The notes below the pieces were generated by a model. The model saw nothing but the letters and a program-made list of their open reading frames with translations. It was not told where the DNA came from and made no database searches. A stretch of DNA of 64,000 nt from a virus (Duplodnaviria; Caudoviricetes): positions 1-64,000 of the IMG/VR virus record IMGVR_UViG_2974671799_000001; one strand, 5' to 3'. Positions 30,801 to 38,709 of this stretch are shown here, piece after piece. How positions within the stretch are numbered: position 1 is the first letter of the stretch; every line of letters begins with the position of its first letter. The translations under genes and the position numbers were made by a program.

Positions 30801-30821
30801 ATTTTTATAATGATATTTCAT
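27816..30821 (-). CDS. N6-adenine DNA methyltransferase fused to a SNF2-like helicase (DarB-like architecture)
   Basis: GQFFTP, DLTCGSG, NPPF; helicase GGGKS, DESD, TGTP, SVNIP, QFYCRTIR; start MKYHYK after the promoter at 30846-30876. Confidence 0.88.
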   Translation of the reverse strand: MKYHYKNQAIPQEARKDINNKILHLIETGDLQGLSHEDIYNAYTGDGGLHGLNFKDFSSFHSYTEAKKDLEAGQFFTPHSTSIDVVDILNIDKNDLVADLTCGSGSFFNFLPNLHNAYGCDIDSKATRVARFLYPEASIKNCDIRAYEPKLKFDTLVLNPPFNLDFGGMSSQMYVCQKSAELMKPLAIMALIVPKSFLNDEMMNKQDIERMNEFFNFIGQYPLSNNEFKQMGVDNFATKVMFFQRKSEHVSDVSFVNEFTTKDDIKNKIEVLRKIKSSLRAKTMTEIKSDDSEFEYKVRKYLYEFRTHKNLQYYYAKAQALIEKFNTQKRPDGMEWEEWDKIKLTKNKVLATFKRVMSNSAKVQKDVIRVIKKGHSFEIKAYSNKSKQLLSKKVNDSTIVSIYQLVTMSGEYEKYLNVCKSLNLDTTELKKVVNRKIKDYLLHNCKLTDLQIDKKVNSYVNRFSFISKGQRHKLNEIQKEDVKKVLTRKHTLLSWVMGGGKSVALLCASKYLTKNNLTKNVFITAPAIALDLTLKNTLKTNGVNYIEILKADDLNKIKEGQVVLITLGRLRNLKDEVKEFVKSRSNKVSLIFDESDEVKNRLSKRSRAVLNAFRRCHRTILMTGTPTRNNLNEIYPNIELMYNNSYNMMCNVQLIYKQDKKTKEIKSHINKKRFQPFDAYYGFGTFKSCFAPSKASVFGIQKELQDLYNLSDLTDIINSSIITRTMEELMGDKKEMISHFVQPNYAEKVLQQDILERFHEMCYNYFQSTGNSRKESYLRIIRMINLLIKSTTSPHLMKEWIGEGLPTKYAKVIKMIEERPNEQILVGCVGIESTESYFNHIKKTFPNREVIYVDGTISFKKRGQIIEHFNNTDNAIIVANQASLKSSVNIPECNTVIIPSLPWNNSSLAQFYCRTIRFDSKNKTQVHLICYSESIDLNILNLILNKEKVNNFVKTTEVSTEEDVNEEFGVDGDILGSLIQKHYDEEGGMRLSWGEKSKRVE

Positions 30822-30845
30822 TTCTTTAAGTTGATTTTGATAATA

Positions 30846-30909
30846 CAAATATATCACTTTTTCCGTTTATACCAAAAGAAAAAACGGAAATTTTTAAAAA
30901 TTTCCGTTT
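30846..30909 (-). promoter_or_regulatory. promoter within alternative hairpins
   Basis: TTTG(30873-30876)-N19-TATATTTG; TTTCCGTTT/AAACGGAAA/TTTCCGTTT triplet allows two alternative stems. Confidence 0.7.
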
Positions 30910-31068
30910 AATTTCCGAATAAAAAATAAAAAGGTTACTTTATTACACACACGGGCGCGCACCGCGCTACTGATTGGTCTTTTCACATATGATATATGAT
31001 ATGCTTTTGGATTTCGATTTAATAGTTAGCTATTCTATAAACCATCACAATCATTTCACTTTTTATTT

Positions 31069-31509
31069 CTATTTTCTTTCAGGCATACCGTATTTCATAC
31101 CCATTTTAATACAAATTGCACCAACCTTTCTTATATAGTTCATTGCACTTTTATAAGGCTCGTGTTCGTTATACCATTCTCTATTTGCTTTATCCAAGTT
31201 GTAACGAATAGCTTCCATACCTGATGATAAAGGGAAATTTTCAACAATATGTGAATCATTTTTAGGTTCATGATTTTTAATATAGTCTAATTCAGTATTT
31301 ACAACATCATAAATCTTTTGTCTTTGAGCATTTTCAATACTGAAAATTTCACTTTCTTTAACTACGCCAGTTTTACTCTCATCAATCGCTTGAATCATTG
31401 CTCTAATATATACATCATCAGGTATATCACAACAATCAACATTAGGATTTTCATTTAAAAATCCACTAATATGAGACGTTAAAATCTCCTTTAATCTAGT
31501 TTGTTTCAT
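31069..31509 (-). CDS. hypothetical protein, possible all-alpha NTP-PPase-like C-terminus
   Basis: E..Y....IRKVGAICIK.G..YG.P.R pattern. Confidence 0.55.
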   Translation of the reverse strand: MKQTRLKEILTSHISGFLNENPNVDCCDIPDDVYIRAMIQAIDESKTGVVKESEIFSIENAQRQKIYDVVNTELDYIKNHEPKNDSHIVENFPLSSGMEAIRYNLDKANREWYNEHEPYKSAMNYIRKVGAICIKMGMKYGMPERK

Positions 31510-31867
31510 CTATTTTAGTTTTAGTTGTTTCAATATTTTCACATTCATCTTTATATACAAAATCCATTGACATACTATCAATATTATTAACATCAGGTGG
31601 TGATAATGGTTTAATTACAATAAGTTCAGAATCAATACTTTTCAAACTTTCTTTTATAATCTCGTTTGAATCCATAGCTTTAGCAAAAGGACATTCTTTC
31701 ATATTTTCAATGAACTTATTATCAACAACACTCCATGTTATGTTTGGATTTACATCATGTGTAATAAATCTTAAAGGTTCTTGTGATTCATTTATATATG
31801 AATCTAATATTTGTAAACCCTTTTTACCTTCTTCTGTTATCTTTTCTGACTTTTCTTTTGAGAACAT
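31496..31867 (-). CDS. hypothetical protein
   Basis: 123-aa ORF. Confidence 0.65.
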   Translation of the reverse strand: MFSKEKSEKITEEGKKGLQILDSYINESQEPLRFITHDVNPNITWSVVDNKFIENMKECPFAKAMDSNEIIKESLKSIDSELIVIKPLSPPDVNNIDSMSMDFVYKDECENIETTKTKIDETN

Positions 31868-32065
31868 ATATTTTATATTTTTGTATTAAATTCTATGTAA
31901 AGATAACACTTTTTTCTGATATACAAAAAATATTTTTACAAAAAAGACCCACCGATGTCCGAAGTCGTGGGTCTTATTGTAGTTACTATGAATAACTTTG
32001 TCAAAAATGACTAAAAAGAAAAATTTGTTTCTATGCAAATATATAACTTTAAATCTATACCACAA

Positions 32066-33238
32066 CTATTTTTGTAATTTTTCTCGATTTTTCTTATCCT
32101 TTCTCATTTCACTAATAGGTTTTATAAGCTCTCCATAGCCATGAACCTCTTTACCAATATACTCATGACAATAAGAAATTCTAGAATTATGCGCCCAATG
32201 ACTCTCATAAGGTCTTGGTGCGTTTCTCTTTTTACGAACCTTACCATTATCTCCTGTAGGTTTCCAATCATCAACATTTTTGTTTCTAGATTCACCCAAA
32301 GCAGGATGTACTGTTTTTGTATAGTAGCGTCTTCCATCTGCTTTATAAATAGCACCTGTAAAGTTACTAATCTGATATCCTAAACCTAAACCTTGAAAAT
32401 CAGGCAAAACAACTATTCTACTTTCACGGAATGCTCTTTTAATAAACGGTGATGGTAGTGGTGATATTACATTAATTCAAACAGGAACACCATTCCAAGT
32501 AAATAGGTAATGCGCATATGATTTATTGTTTAGTTCGGTTAGATAATGATGTTTTTTGAACAAATCCCAAGTACCATACTCGACTCTACTAACTTGTAAT
32601 TCGATTTTTGGTCTGCTTCCGAGCCGATGTTCGCCTATCTCTAGTGCGCCCCCTTTTTGTGGTGAACACGTCCAATCAGGTGTTAACCATTCCATTATAT
32701 CATAGTGACAACAAGCCAAAATGATTTTCTTATTATATTTTCTGATATACTTTTGAAGTGCGAAACTCATCGATTTAGCAACATTTCTATCTACTACAGA
32801 TGTGTACTCATCAACTAATATAATTTCACCTTCATTAGAATTTGCAACTAAATAAGCTAATTTTGCTCTATATTGTTCACCATTGCTAAGTGTTTTATAT
32901 GGTCTTAACCATGACGGTACAGAAGAAAGACCCATAGATGAAAGTAGTTTACAGGCTTCTCTAGGTTCTATGAAGTCAAAGTTTTGGATTAAAGGTTTAT
33001 TCTCATCGAAATTTACATCTTTAAGAGTTCCATAATCTTTAAGTATTGATGTTTTACCCGAACCACTTGCTCCATAAATTACACCAATATTCCAATTGAA
33101 GTTTTCGTCTTCAAGTTTAGAAAGGTCGTAATTAATTTCAGTTACTGTTTGTTCTCTATTTTGGATATCATAAGTTTCATAAATATAATCTGTATATTCA
33201 CTATTAATGATATCGTGTTTAAGTTCTATTTTATTCAT
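32066..33238 (-). pseudogene. ABC-ATPase-GNAT acetyltransferase fusion interrupted by one in-frame TGA (32477-32479)
   Basis: GASGSGKT, LSNGEQYR, VDEYTSVVDR, CH; FKKHHYL; after the TGA the same frame continues INVISPLP...RESRIVVLPDFQGLGLG (acetyl-CoA motif A). Confidence 0.8.
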
Positions 33239-33998
33239 TCTTTAAAATTTGAAAATTTTCTACACTAATTAATCCACAAGATTCTTTCATTTCACCAATC
33301 TTTATACGTAATGTCTTGTTTTTTATTCTTTTTGGTTTTGAATTTAACATTGGTAATGCATATTCGAATCCTTTATAATCATATACCTTATAATCACTAA
33401 ATTCAAAACGTATTTTAGTACCTTTTATATCGAACCATTGATACGCAATCTCTTCACTATTCAAAAAGCTAGTATCTATTTTTAGATTCCTGTCAATCTC
33501 TACATCTATGTAATCACCAACTGTTAAAGTTCTGAAAGGTGATAATTCCTTTAAATCCATTATCTCCTTGGCTTTTTCTTTATGAATATAAACACCATCC
33601 ATTTCAACATAACCATTTGATTCAAGTACTTTAGATGCCACTATTGAACCAGTTTTTTCGAAATACCAACATAAGTATTCCATATCGAGACATTCGAATA
33701 TATTTTTGTCGCGATACTTCCCGAACATGAAAAATGGTGAAATTTTATCAGGTAATTCACACCACCCTTTTTTGCGCTCAGTCCATGAATTAAATTTACC
33801 TTTTAGATGAAAGTCAACATCTAATTTTGTACAACCCATTTCTTTAGCCTTCTGCTTTGCTTTGTTTTCACACATTGAAAGGTTTTGTATAAACGCATAA
33901 TGAGTAACTATATATGGTAAATTAATTCTACTAAATTCTGTTGTTGTTTTCACATCCCAAAGAGTGTAATAAACGCTTGTAAATCCTATATGTAACAT
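33231..33998 (-). CDS. hypothetical protein with FGKY (exonuclease X C-terminal-like) module
   Basis: FMFGKYRDKNI....YLCW motif. Confidence 0.6.
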   Translation of the reverse strand: MLHIGFTSVYYTLWDVKTTTEFSRINLPYIVTHYAFIQNLSMCENKAKQKAKEMGCTKLDVDFHLKGKFNSWTERKKGWCELPDKISPFFMFGKYRDKNIFECLDMEYLCWYFEKTGSIVASKVLESNGYVEMDGVYIHKEKAKEIMDLKELSPFRTLTVGDYIDVEIDRNLKIDTSFLNSEEIAYQWFDIKGTKIRFEFSDYKVYDYKGFEYALPMLNSKPKRIKNKTLRIKIGEMKESCGLISVENFQILKNE

Positions 33999-34000
33999 TG

Positions 34001-34246
34001 TTATATGAATTTAATTTCTTTAGTTTTACTTCTCTCAATATCGTTTTCAATCTTACAAACTTTATTTGCAAACATTAAAACTAATAAACCACGGTTTTCA
34101 TTCCATTGTTTAGGAGTTATACCAACTTCTTTAGCGATTTCAGCACATTTTTTGACAAACTCTTTATCATTAACCAACTCTTCACGTCTTTTTAGCTCGT
34201 TAGATATCATTTGTTGTGCTTTATTTATTTCTATTGCAGTATTCAT
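34001..34246 (-). CDS. hypothetical protein
   Basis: 81-aa ORF after TATATTTG at 34265. Confidence 0.7.
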   Translation of the reverse strand: MNTAIEINKAQQMISNELKRREELVNDKEFVKKCAEIAKEVGITPKQWNENRGLLVLMFANKVCKIENDIERSKTKEIKFI

Positions 34247-34284
34247 TTTTAATTATTTATACAACAAATATAAAATATTTAAAG

Positions 34285-34710
34285 TTATTGACCAAGAACA
34301 TTTTTAGATTTTTCGAAAATGTCATTAAAAAGAAACTCTTTTGTTATTATAATAGGTTCTAACGAATATACTTTTTCATGACTTATAGACACGCTAGTAT
34401 TGATGTTATTCAACGATGATAGCTTTTTAAAAAGTTCTTTAGGTTTTATACAAAGCTTTGCGGGAATATTAGAACCATAAGAATTTGTATATTGTTCAAC
34501 AATCGCATAATTTGAATTTGGTCTAGTTAATATTTTTGTTTTAGAAAAGTTACCTTCACCACCACTAAGATGGTAAAGATATGACATCTTATCTTTTTCT
34601 AACATTTCTAAAAACTTTATACTTTCGATATCATTATCAAATGGTATCAATGCTTCTAAAATAACATTATTGAAGTATTTTAAAATAATCTTTATAACTA
34701 TAGCTTCCAT
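34285..34710 (-). CDS. hypothetical protein
   Basis: 141-aa ORF. Confidence 0.65.
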   Translation of the reverse strand: MEAIVIKIILKYFNNVILEALIPFDNDIESIKFLEMLEKDKMSYLYHLSGGEGNFSKTKILTRPNSNYAIVEQYTNSYGSNIPAKLCIKPKELFKKLSSLNNINTSVSISHEKVYSLEPIIITKEFLFNDIFEKSKNVLGQ

Positions 34711-34713
34711 ATT

Positions 34714-35226
34714 TTATAATTTTTCGATTAATTTAATGTTTGATTGCTTCTTAGATATTTTGATATGACGAACCCATTCAGCATCAGAACAACCATAAGT
34801 AACTTCTAAACCTAATTTTTCACAAGCTTTACCAACAGACTCCATTAATTCGAAGTTATCTTTTCTAGAACCGAAAATAGTCTCAACACCTAAACCATAA
34901 TTACAAGCTCTAACATTAGGTAATGATTTATCAGCGTTTATAATATCAGCAACCTTTTTAAAATCACTAGTATAATTTCTGTAAGTAACGTTTTGTTTCT
35001 TAGATATACGCTCTAAAACGTACTCTGTTGTATAAGCCTTAACCTTTGGTATTTTAATAGTGAAATTTTCGAAAAATGAATCAGGAGTATATACTATTAA
35101 TTCAATAACGTCTTTTGTTAAAGTATCTTTGCAAAATTCTTTTTCAGAAGTGAATCTAGTTGTATATCCTAAAGAGTTTAATTCCTTAACTGTTTCTTTT
35201 ACGTTTTTTAATTGAGTATTTGTCAT
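34714..35226 (-). CDS. hypothetical protein
   Basis: 170-aa ORF after the promoter at 35250-35281. Confidence 0.7.
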   Translation of the reverse strand: MTNTQLKNVKETVKELNSLGYTTRFTSEKEFCKDTLTKDVIELIVYTPDSFFENFTIKIPKVKAYTTEYVLERISKKQNVTYRNYTSDFKKVADIINADKSLPNVRACNYGLGVETIFGSRKDNFELMESVGKACEKLGLEVTYGCSDAEWVRHIKISKKQSNIKLIEKL

Positions 35227-35249
35227 TTTATCTATTATTAAATTCTATA

Positions 35250-35289
35250 CAAATATAAAAAACCTTTTGGAAACTACCAAAAGGTTTTT
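35250..35289 (-). promoter_or_regulatory. promoter overlapping a terminator hairpin
   Basis: TTTG(35278-35281)-N20-TATATTTG; 13-bp stem. Confidence 0.8.
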
Positions 35290-35292
35290 CAA

Positions 35293-35529
35293 TTATTTTA
35301 TTCCACTATATATTAAAACTATGATAATCATATAAATGAATGCTAGAAAAAATGTACACAAGAAGTGAAATATAAATAACGGAATGTTATCTAAATACGA
35401 TTTTTTAAGTTCATCATAACCACCAACAAACCAACTACCAGTTAAAATCATAGTAGCTAATGAAAGTATTATACTAATTATCAGGAATACAATTCCCAAT
35501 AAGATATTATTATTTAAAAGTGATTCCAT
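35293..35529 (-). CDS. small two-TM membrane protein
   Basis: Two long hydrophobic segments; overlaps the end of the beta-barrel gene. Confidence 0.65.
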   Translation of the reverse strand: MESLLNNNILLGIVFLIISIILSLATMILTGSWFVGGYDELKKSYLDNIPLFIFHFLCTFFLAFIYMIIIVLIYSGIK

Positions 35530-36086
35530 GACACACCGATACTATAACTTAACATATTAGGATTGTATTTGATAGTAGGTGAAAAAATCCAGTTATTATC
35601 CAATTTCCAGTAATACTTTATACCAAAATCTATCAATGTTTCTCTAAACTTTGAAGCTTCATTATTATTTATATTAAGCACATTTAGATATGATGTTACA
35701 CCAGTTAAAAGAAAAAAGTTATCAGTAACCTCAACACCAAAATTTAATGAAACGCCTCGAACCCAATTCCTAGTTACATAATTACCTTCATTGAAACCTA
35801 TTTCATCATAGGTACAATCATCACAAGCTGATGAGGTTGGATTACCATTCTTAAAATATTGCTTATCAGAGACAAATCCCGAATGCTCCATGCCTAATAT
35901 AATACGATTTGCCCAAACCCTTGTTGAATCTCTTTGATTCATATCAAATATAAAGTTAAATCCTGCATTATAACCAAACGTGTACTTACTATCTTTATGG
36001 TCGGCATAACCTGCATAAAGTTCATATCTTTGAGCATAAGCTCCTAAAGATAAAACTAGTATTAAAATTGTTAAAAGTTTTTTCAT
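35514..36086 (-). CDS. putative outer-membrane beta-barrel protein
   Basis: Sec signal MKKLLTILILVLSLGAYA-Q, about 8 amphipathic strands, C-terminal SIGVSWNHF aromatic beta-signal-like end. Confidence 0.7.
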   Translation of the reverse strand: MKKLLTILILVLSLGAYAQRYELYAGYADHKDSKYTFGYNAGFNFIFDMNQRDSTRVWANRIILGMEHSGFVSDKQYFKNGNPTSSACDDCTYDEIGFNEGNYVTRNWVRGVSLNFGVEVTDNFFLLTGVTSYLNVLNINNNEASKFRETLIDFGIKYYWKLDNNWIFSPTIKYNPNMLSYSIGVSWNHF

Positions 36087-36110
36087 AATATTTAATTTAG
36101 TTTTTATTAA

Positions 36111-36136
36111 AAAAGCCGTAACAATGTCACGGCTTT
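36111..36136 (-). terminator. intrinsic terminator
   Basis: AAAAGCCGT...ACGGCTTTT stem with a U run on the minus strand. Confidence 0.7.
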
Positions 36137-36164
36137 TGTCTTATTTTCTATTCTTTATTCTTTA

Positions 36165-37058
36165 TTAGTTTCCACCTAAATCAGTAGGACAATCAGGACA
36201 GTAAGTTTCAATCCAATCTTGGAAATTTAAAGTAATTCCTTGGATATCTTCGAACAAACCCGTATCTGTAACCTCATAAACACAAGTGATTGATGTAGAA
36301 GCTGTAATCTCTAATACCTTGTTATACACTTTAATGATTTGACCAGTAGATTTACTATAAATATTGAATCTTAATGTAATAGTGTTTCCAACTAATGCTG
36401 TCTCATCAGACCAATAAGAAATTAATGATTCATTTTTCTTTAATTCTTTTGTATCTACTACAACACCGTCCTGTAAAACATCCACAATACATAATGTATT
36501 ATTTTTCACCCAAGAACCCGATTTATAACGTAATACTGATAATCTACGACCATGTTGAGTACGCATATCTAAGTTTACAACATTTGTTCCTTGTACAATT
36601 TCTTTAGTTTGTGGTGTAGCTTCATATAAAACGTATGGTAAAACCGACTTATAACTATTGATATTACCATTGAATTTAGTTAAATTATTGTAACCTATTG
36701 CTGATGTTGTAGTCCATGCTGTAATTTCATTTGAACCAATTGCAACATCGTCCATTTCAAAGTTATCTAATGCACCAGTTGTAGAGTTAGGAACTAAAGT
36801 AAATGTTTCTTGTGCTGTGTGATTTAAACCAGTATTATCAAAATTAATTGTCACATCTTTAACCCAGTCATAAATTCCATTTCTCTTAACGTCTTTTGAT
36901 GCCTTTGTTTCTTCTGAACTTTTTGCTGACGATTGTTGATTGAAAATTGATACTACTTTTGTGGTTTGAATACCATCATTTGGTAATTCGTCATGGGATG
37001 AGCATGATGTAAATCCGATTGTTAACACCGCTACTAATAAATAAATGATTTTTTTCAT
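36165..37058 (-). CDS. Bacteroidota-type lipoprotein, type V pilin/fimbrillin-like
   Basis: Lipobox GFTSC followed by SSHDE; beta-rich; C-terminal ITLNFQDW strand. Confidence 0.65.
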   Translation of the reverse strand: MKKIIYLLVAVLTIGFTSCSSHDELPNDGIQTTKVVSIFNQQSSAKSSEETKASKDVKRNGIYDWVKDVTINFDNTGLNHTAQETFTLVPNSTTGALDNFEMDDVAIGSNEITAWTTTSAIGYNNLTKFNGNINSYKSVLPYVLYEATPQTKEIVQGTNVVNLDMRTQHGRRLSVLRYKSGSWVKNNTLCIVDVLQDGVVVDTKELKKNESLISYWSDETALVGNTITLRFNIYSKSTGQIIKVYNKVLEITASTSITCVYEVTDTGLFEDIQGITLNFQDWIETYCPDCPTDLGGN

Positions 37059-37200
37059 AAAATTTAAAATTTAAAATTAATAATTATTTTTATTTTTAAT
37101 GTTACCCCCGTAACACGTTGCAAATATAAAACCTTTTTCTAATATAATCCAAATATTTTTTGAATTTTTGAAATTATTTTTTAAAGTGTTGACTTTCAAC

Positions 37201-37683
37201 CTAATGTTTACAAAATAATTCATACTTGAAAGATGTTAATATTTCGCTTTGTTCGATAAAGTTTGCTATAAATACAACCGTAGATGATTCCTTATCATTT
37301 TTAACAACATCTACCATCGATGTAAAGTTTTCTTCATTAATGATATATGTATTTATATTACGACCATAATACCCACTCAAATCAATTTCATTAACTTGTA
37401 TATCACCAAAAATTAAAACTTGAACATCATTACCTTTTGTTTCGAATGGGTGACAAAATGTGTACTCCTGTGTAAAGTAATTAACTTTACCAACAATAGG
37501 AATCATTGGTGTTTGTGGTATAATATCTTGTGCTATTGTTATACATCTTTGTTCTATCACCGAACCAGTTAAGAAAAGTTTTTCTTTAATTTCTTCCATA
37601 GAATTTTTTGAGTTTTTGATTTCTTCTTCTGATGGAATATTTATCGGGTCTATACTAGCATTAGATAATTTTACTTCTTTCAT
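37201..37683 (-). CDS. hypothetical protein
   Basis: 160-aa ORF, ATGA overlap with the upstream gene. Confidence 0.7.
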   Translation of the reverse strand: MKEVKLSNASIDPINIPSEEEIKNSKNSMEEIKEKLFLTGSVIEQRCITIAQDIIPQTPMIPIVGKVNYFTQEYTFCHPFETKGNDVQVLIFGDIQVNEIDLSGYYGRNINTYIINEENFTSMVDVVKNDKESSTVVFIANFIEQSEILTSFKYELFCKH

Positions 37684-38102
37684 AAATCTTTCAGTTTTGT
37701 TATATTGTGTGTTTTACATAGTACTTTTAGAAAAGGCTTAACCAGTAAATTTTGGTCGTCTTTCAAAAGTATCGTTTTATCCTTAGACCATATCTCGAAA
37801 ATTCTACAGTCTTTCAATAAAACTGGTTCATCAACAGGCGTATCATGCTCCGCATATATAATCCAAGCAAGACCACCATCACGAACCCACTTAACAGCAA
37901 TTCTTTCGAGTGCTAATTTTTGTCCGAATGGTGGTCTATTTCCTTTAACCTTTAACTCAAAGATAAACAGATACTTACCTTCAATTTCTATGAGTGCGTC
38001 GATATCTGTAGGGTGTATCTTTTTAGATTTAATACCAACAAAGTCGATAGGTTGTTTTGCTCGATTAATAGAGTGTATAAGACCTTTAGGTTTTTGCTCC
38101 AC
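37680..38102 (-). CDS. PD-(D/E)XK nuclease-like protein
   Basis: PTDID....FELK...GQ motif. Confidence 0.6.
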   Translation of the reverse strand: MEQKPKGLIHSINRAKQPIDFVGIKSKKIHPTDIDALIEIEGKYLFIFELKVKGNRPPFGQKLALERIAVKWVRDGGLAWIIYAEHDTPVDEPVLLKDCRIFEIWSKDKTILLKDDQNLLVKPFLKVLCKTHNITKLKDL

Positions 38103-38406
38103 CTTTTATAATTTTTGGCTTTCCGATAGTATTTTCATCTTCACTTACTAAAGGAACTATTGCTTCTTCTGAACTAGCTATAGTTTCTAATTCAGCACTT
38201 TTAGCTTGTTGTTCTGCTTGTCTTTGTTCAGCCCTTTCATCTAAGATTTCTTGAATTTCTTCTTCATATCTTTGTTGAAATTCTTTTTCAAGTCTTTCAA
38301 TTTGCTTTTTTTGTTTCAAATCTGATGAAAAACGTTGTTGTTTGATTTGTCTTCTGTTGTGTGCTGATTTTCTTTTTTGGTTCTTTCTGTGTTTACTCTT
38401 TGGCAT
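38086..38406 (-). CDS. basic-N-terminus coiled-coil protein (MPKSKHRK)
   Basis: Strongly basic first 35 aa followed by an acidic coiled coil. Confidence 0.75.
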   Translation of the reverse strand: MPKSKHRKNQKRKSAHNRRQIKQQRFSSDLKQKKQIERLEKEFQQRYEEEIQEILDERAEQRQAEQQAKSAELETIASSEEAIVPLVSEDENTIGKPKIIKGGAKT

Positions 38407-38444
38407 ACTTATTTAAAAATTAAAATTGTTAAAAAATAAAATAG

Positions 38445-38515
38445 TGGCGAATATCACCATTTGAAGGACGAATCCTAAAGAAGCCCAAAAACCCTCACGA
38501 GTTTTATATGGGCTT
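38445..38515 (-). ncRNA. candidate structured RNA or leader (three hairpins)
   Basis: Minus strand AAGCCCA..AAAACUC-GUGA-GGGUUUU-UGGGCUU, AGGA-UUCG-UCCU, UGGUGA-UAU-UCGCCA; mismatches read as G-U only on the minus strand. Confidence 0.5.
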
Positions 38516-38545
38516 TTAACTAGAGAATATAATACTTTATGTAAG

Positions 38546-38707
38546 TTATTCATCTTTTATACGTTTAAGTTCCGAAATAAATGTTTTATAACATGATTTC
38601 TTTGTCTCCAACCTATTTTTTTGACTATTACTATCTGTTGAATCCAAAAGTTTATTACAATTTTCAATTCTTCTTTCGTAATCTTCAATTAATTGCTCTA
38701 CTGTCAT
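38546..38707 (-). CDS. small hypothetical protein (53 aa, not in the ORF track)
   Basis: MTVEQLIEDYERRI...RLETKKSCYKTFISELKRIKDE*. Confidence 0.65.
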   Translation of the reverse strand: MTVEQLIEDYERRIENCNKLLDSTDSNSQKNRLETKKSCYKTFISELKRIKDE

Positions 38708-38709
38708 GA

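Noticed and set aside
30945-31000. HDV-like ribozyme in the GC-rich island
   Set aside because: No upstream strand complementary to GCTACT for P1, and the L3 consensus is absent
32066-32407. Independent 113-aa gene starting MPDFQG
   Set aside because: It starts inside GNAT motif A and is the in-frame continuation of 32477-33238
38438-38525. tRNA or self-cleaving ribozyme (ends in CGCCA; GUUAAAAGCCC resembles a twister loop)
   Set aside because: No cloverleaf, TTCRA T-loop or acceptor pairing; the required twister, HDV and hammerhead pairings could not be built
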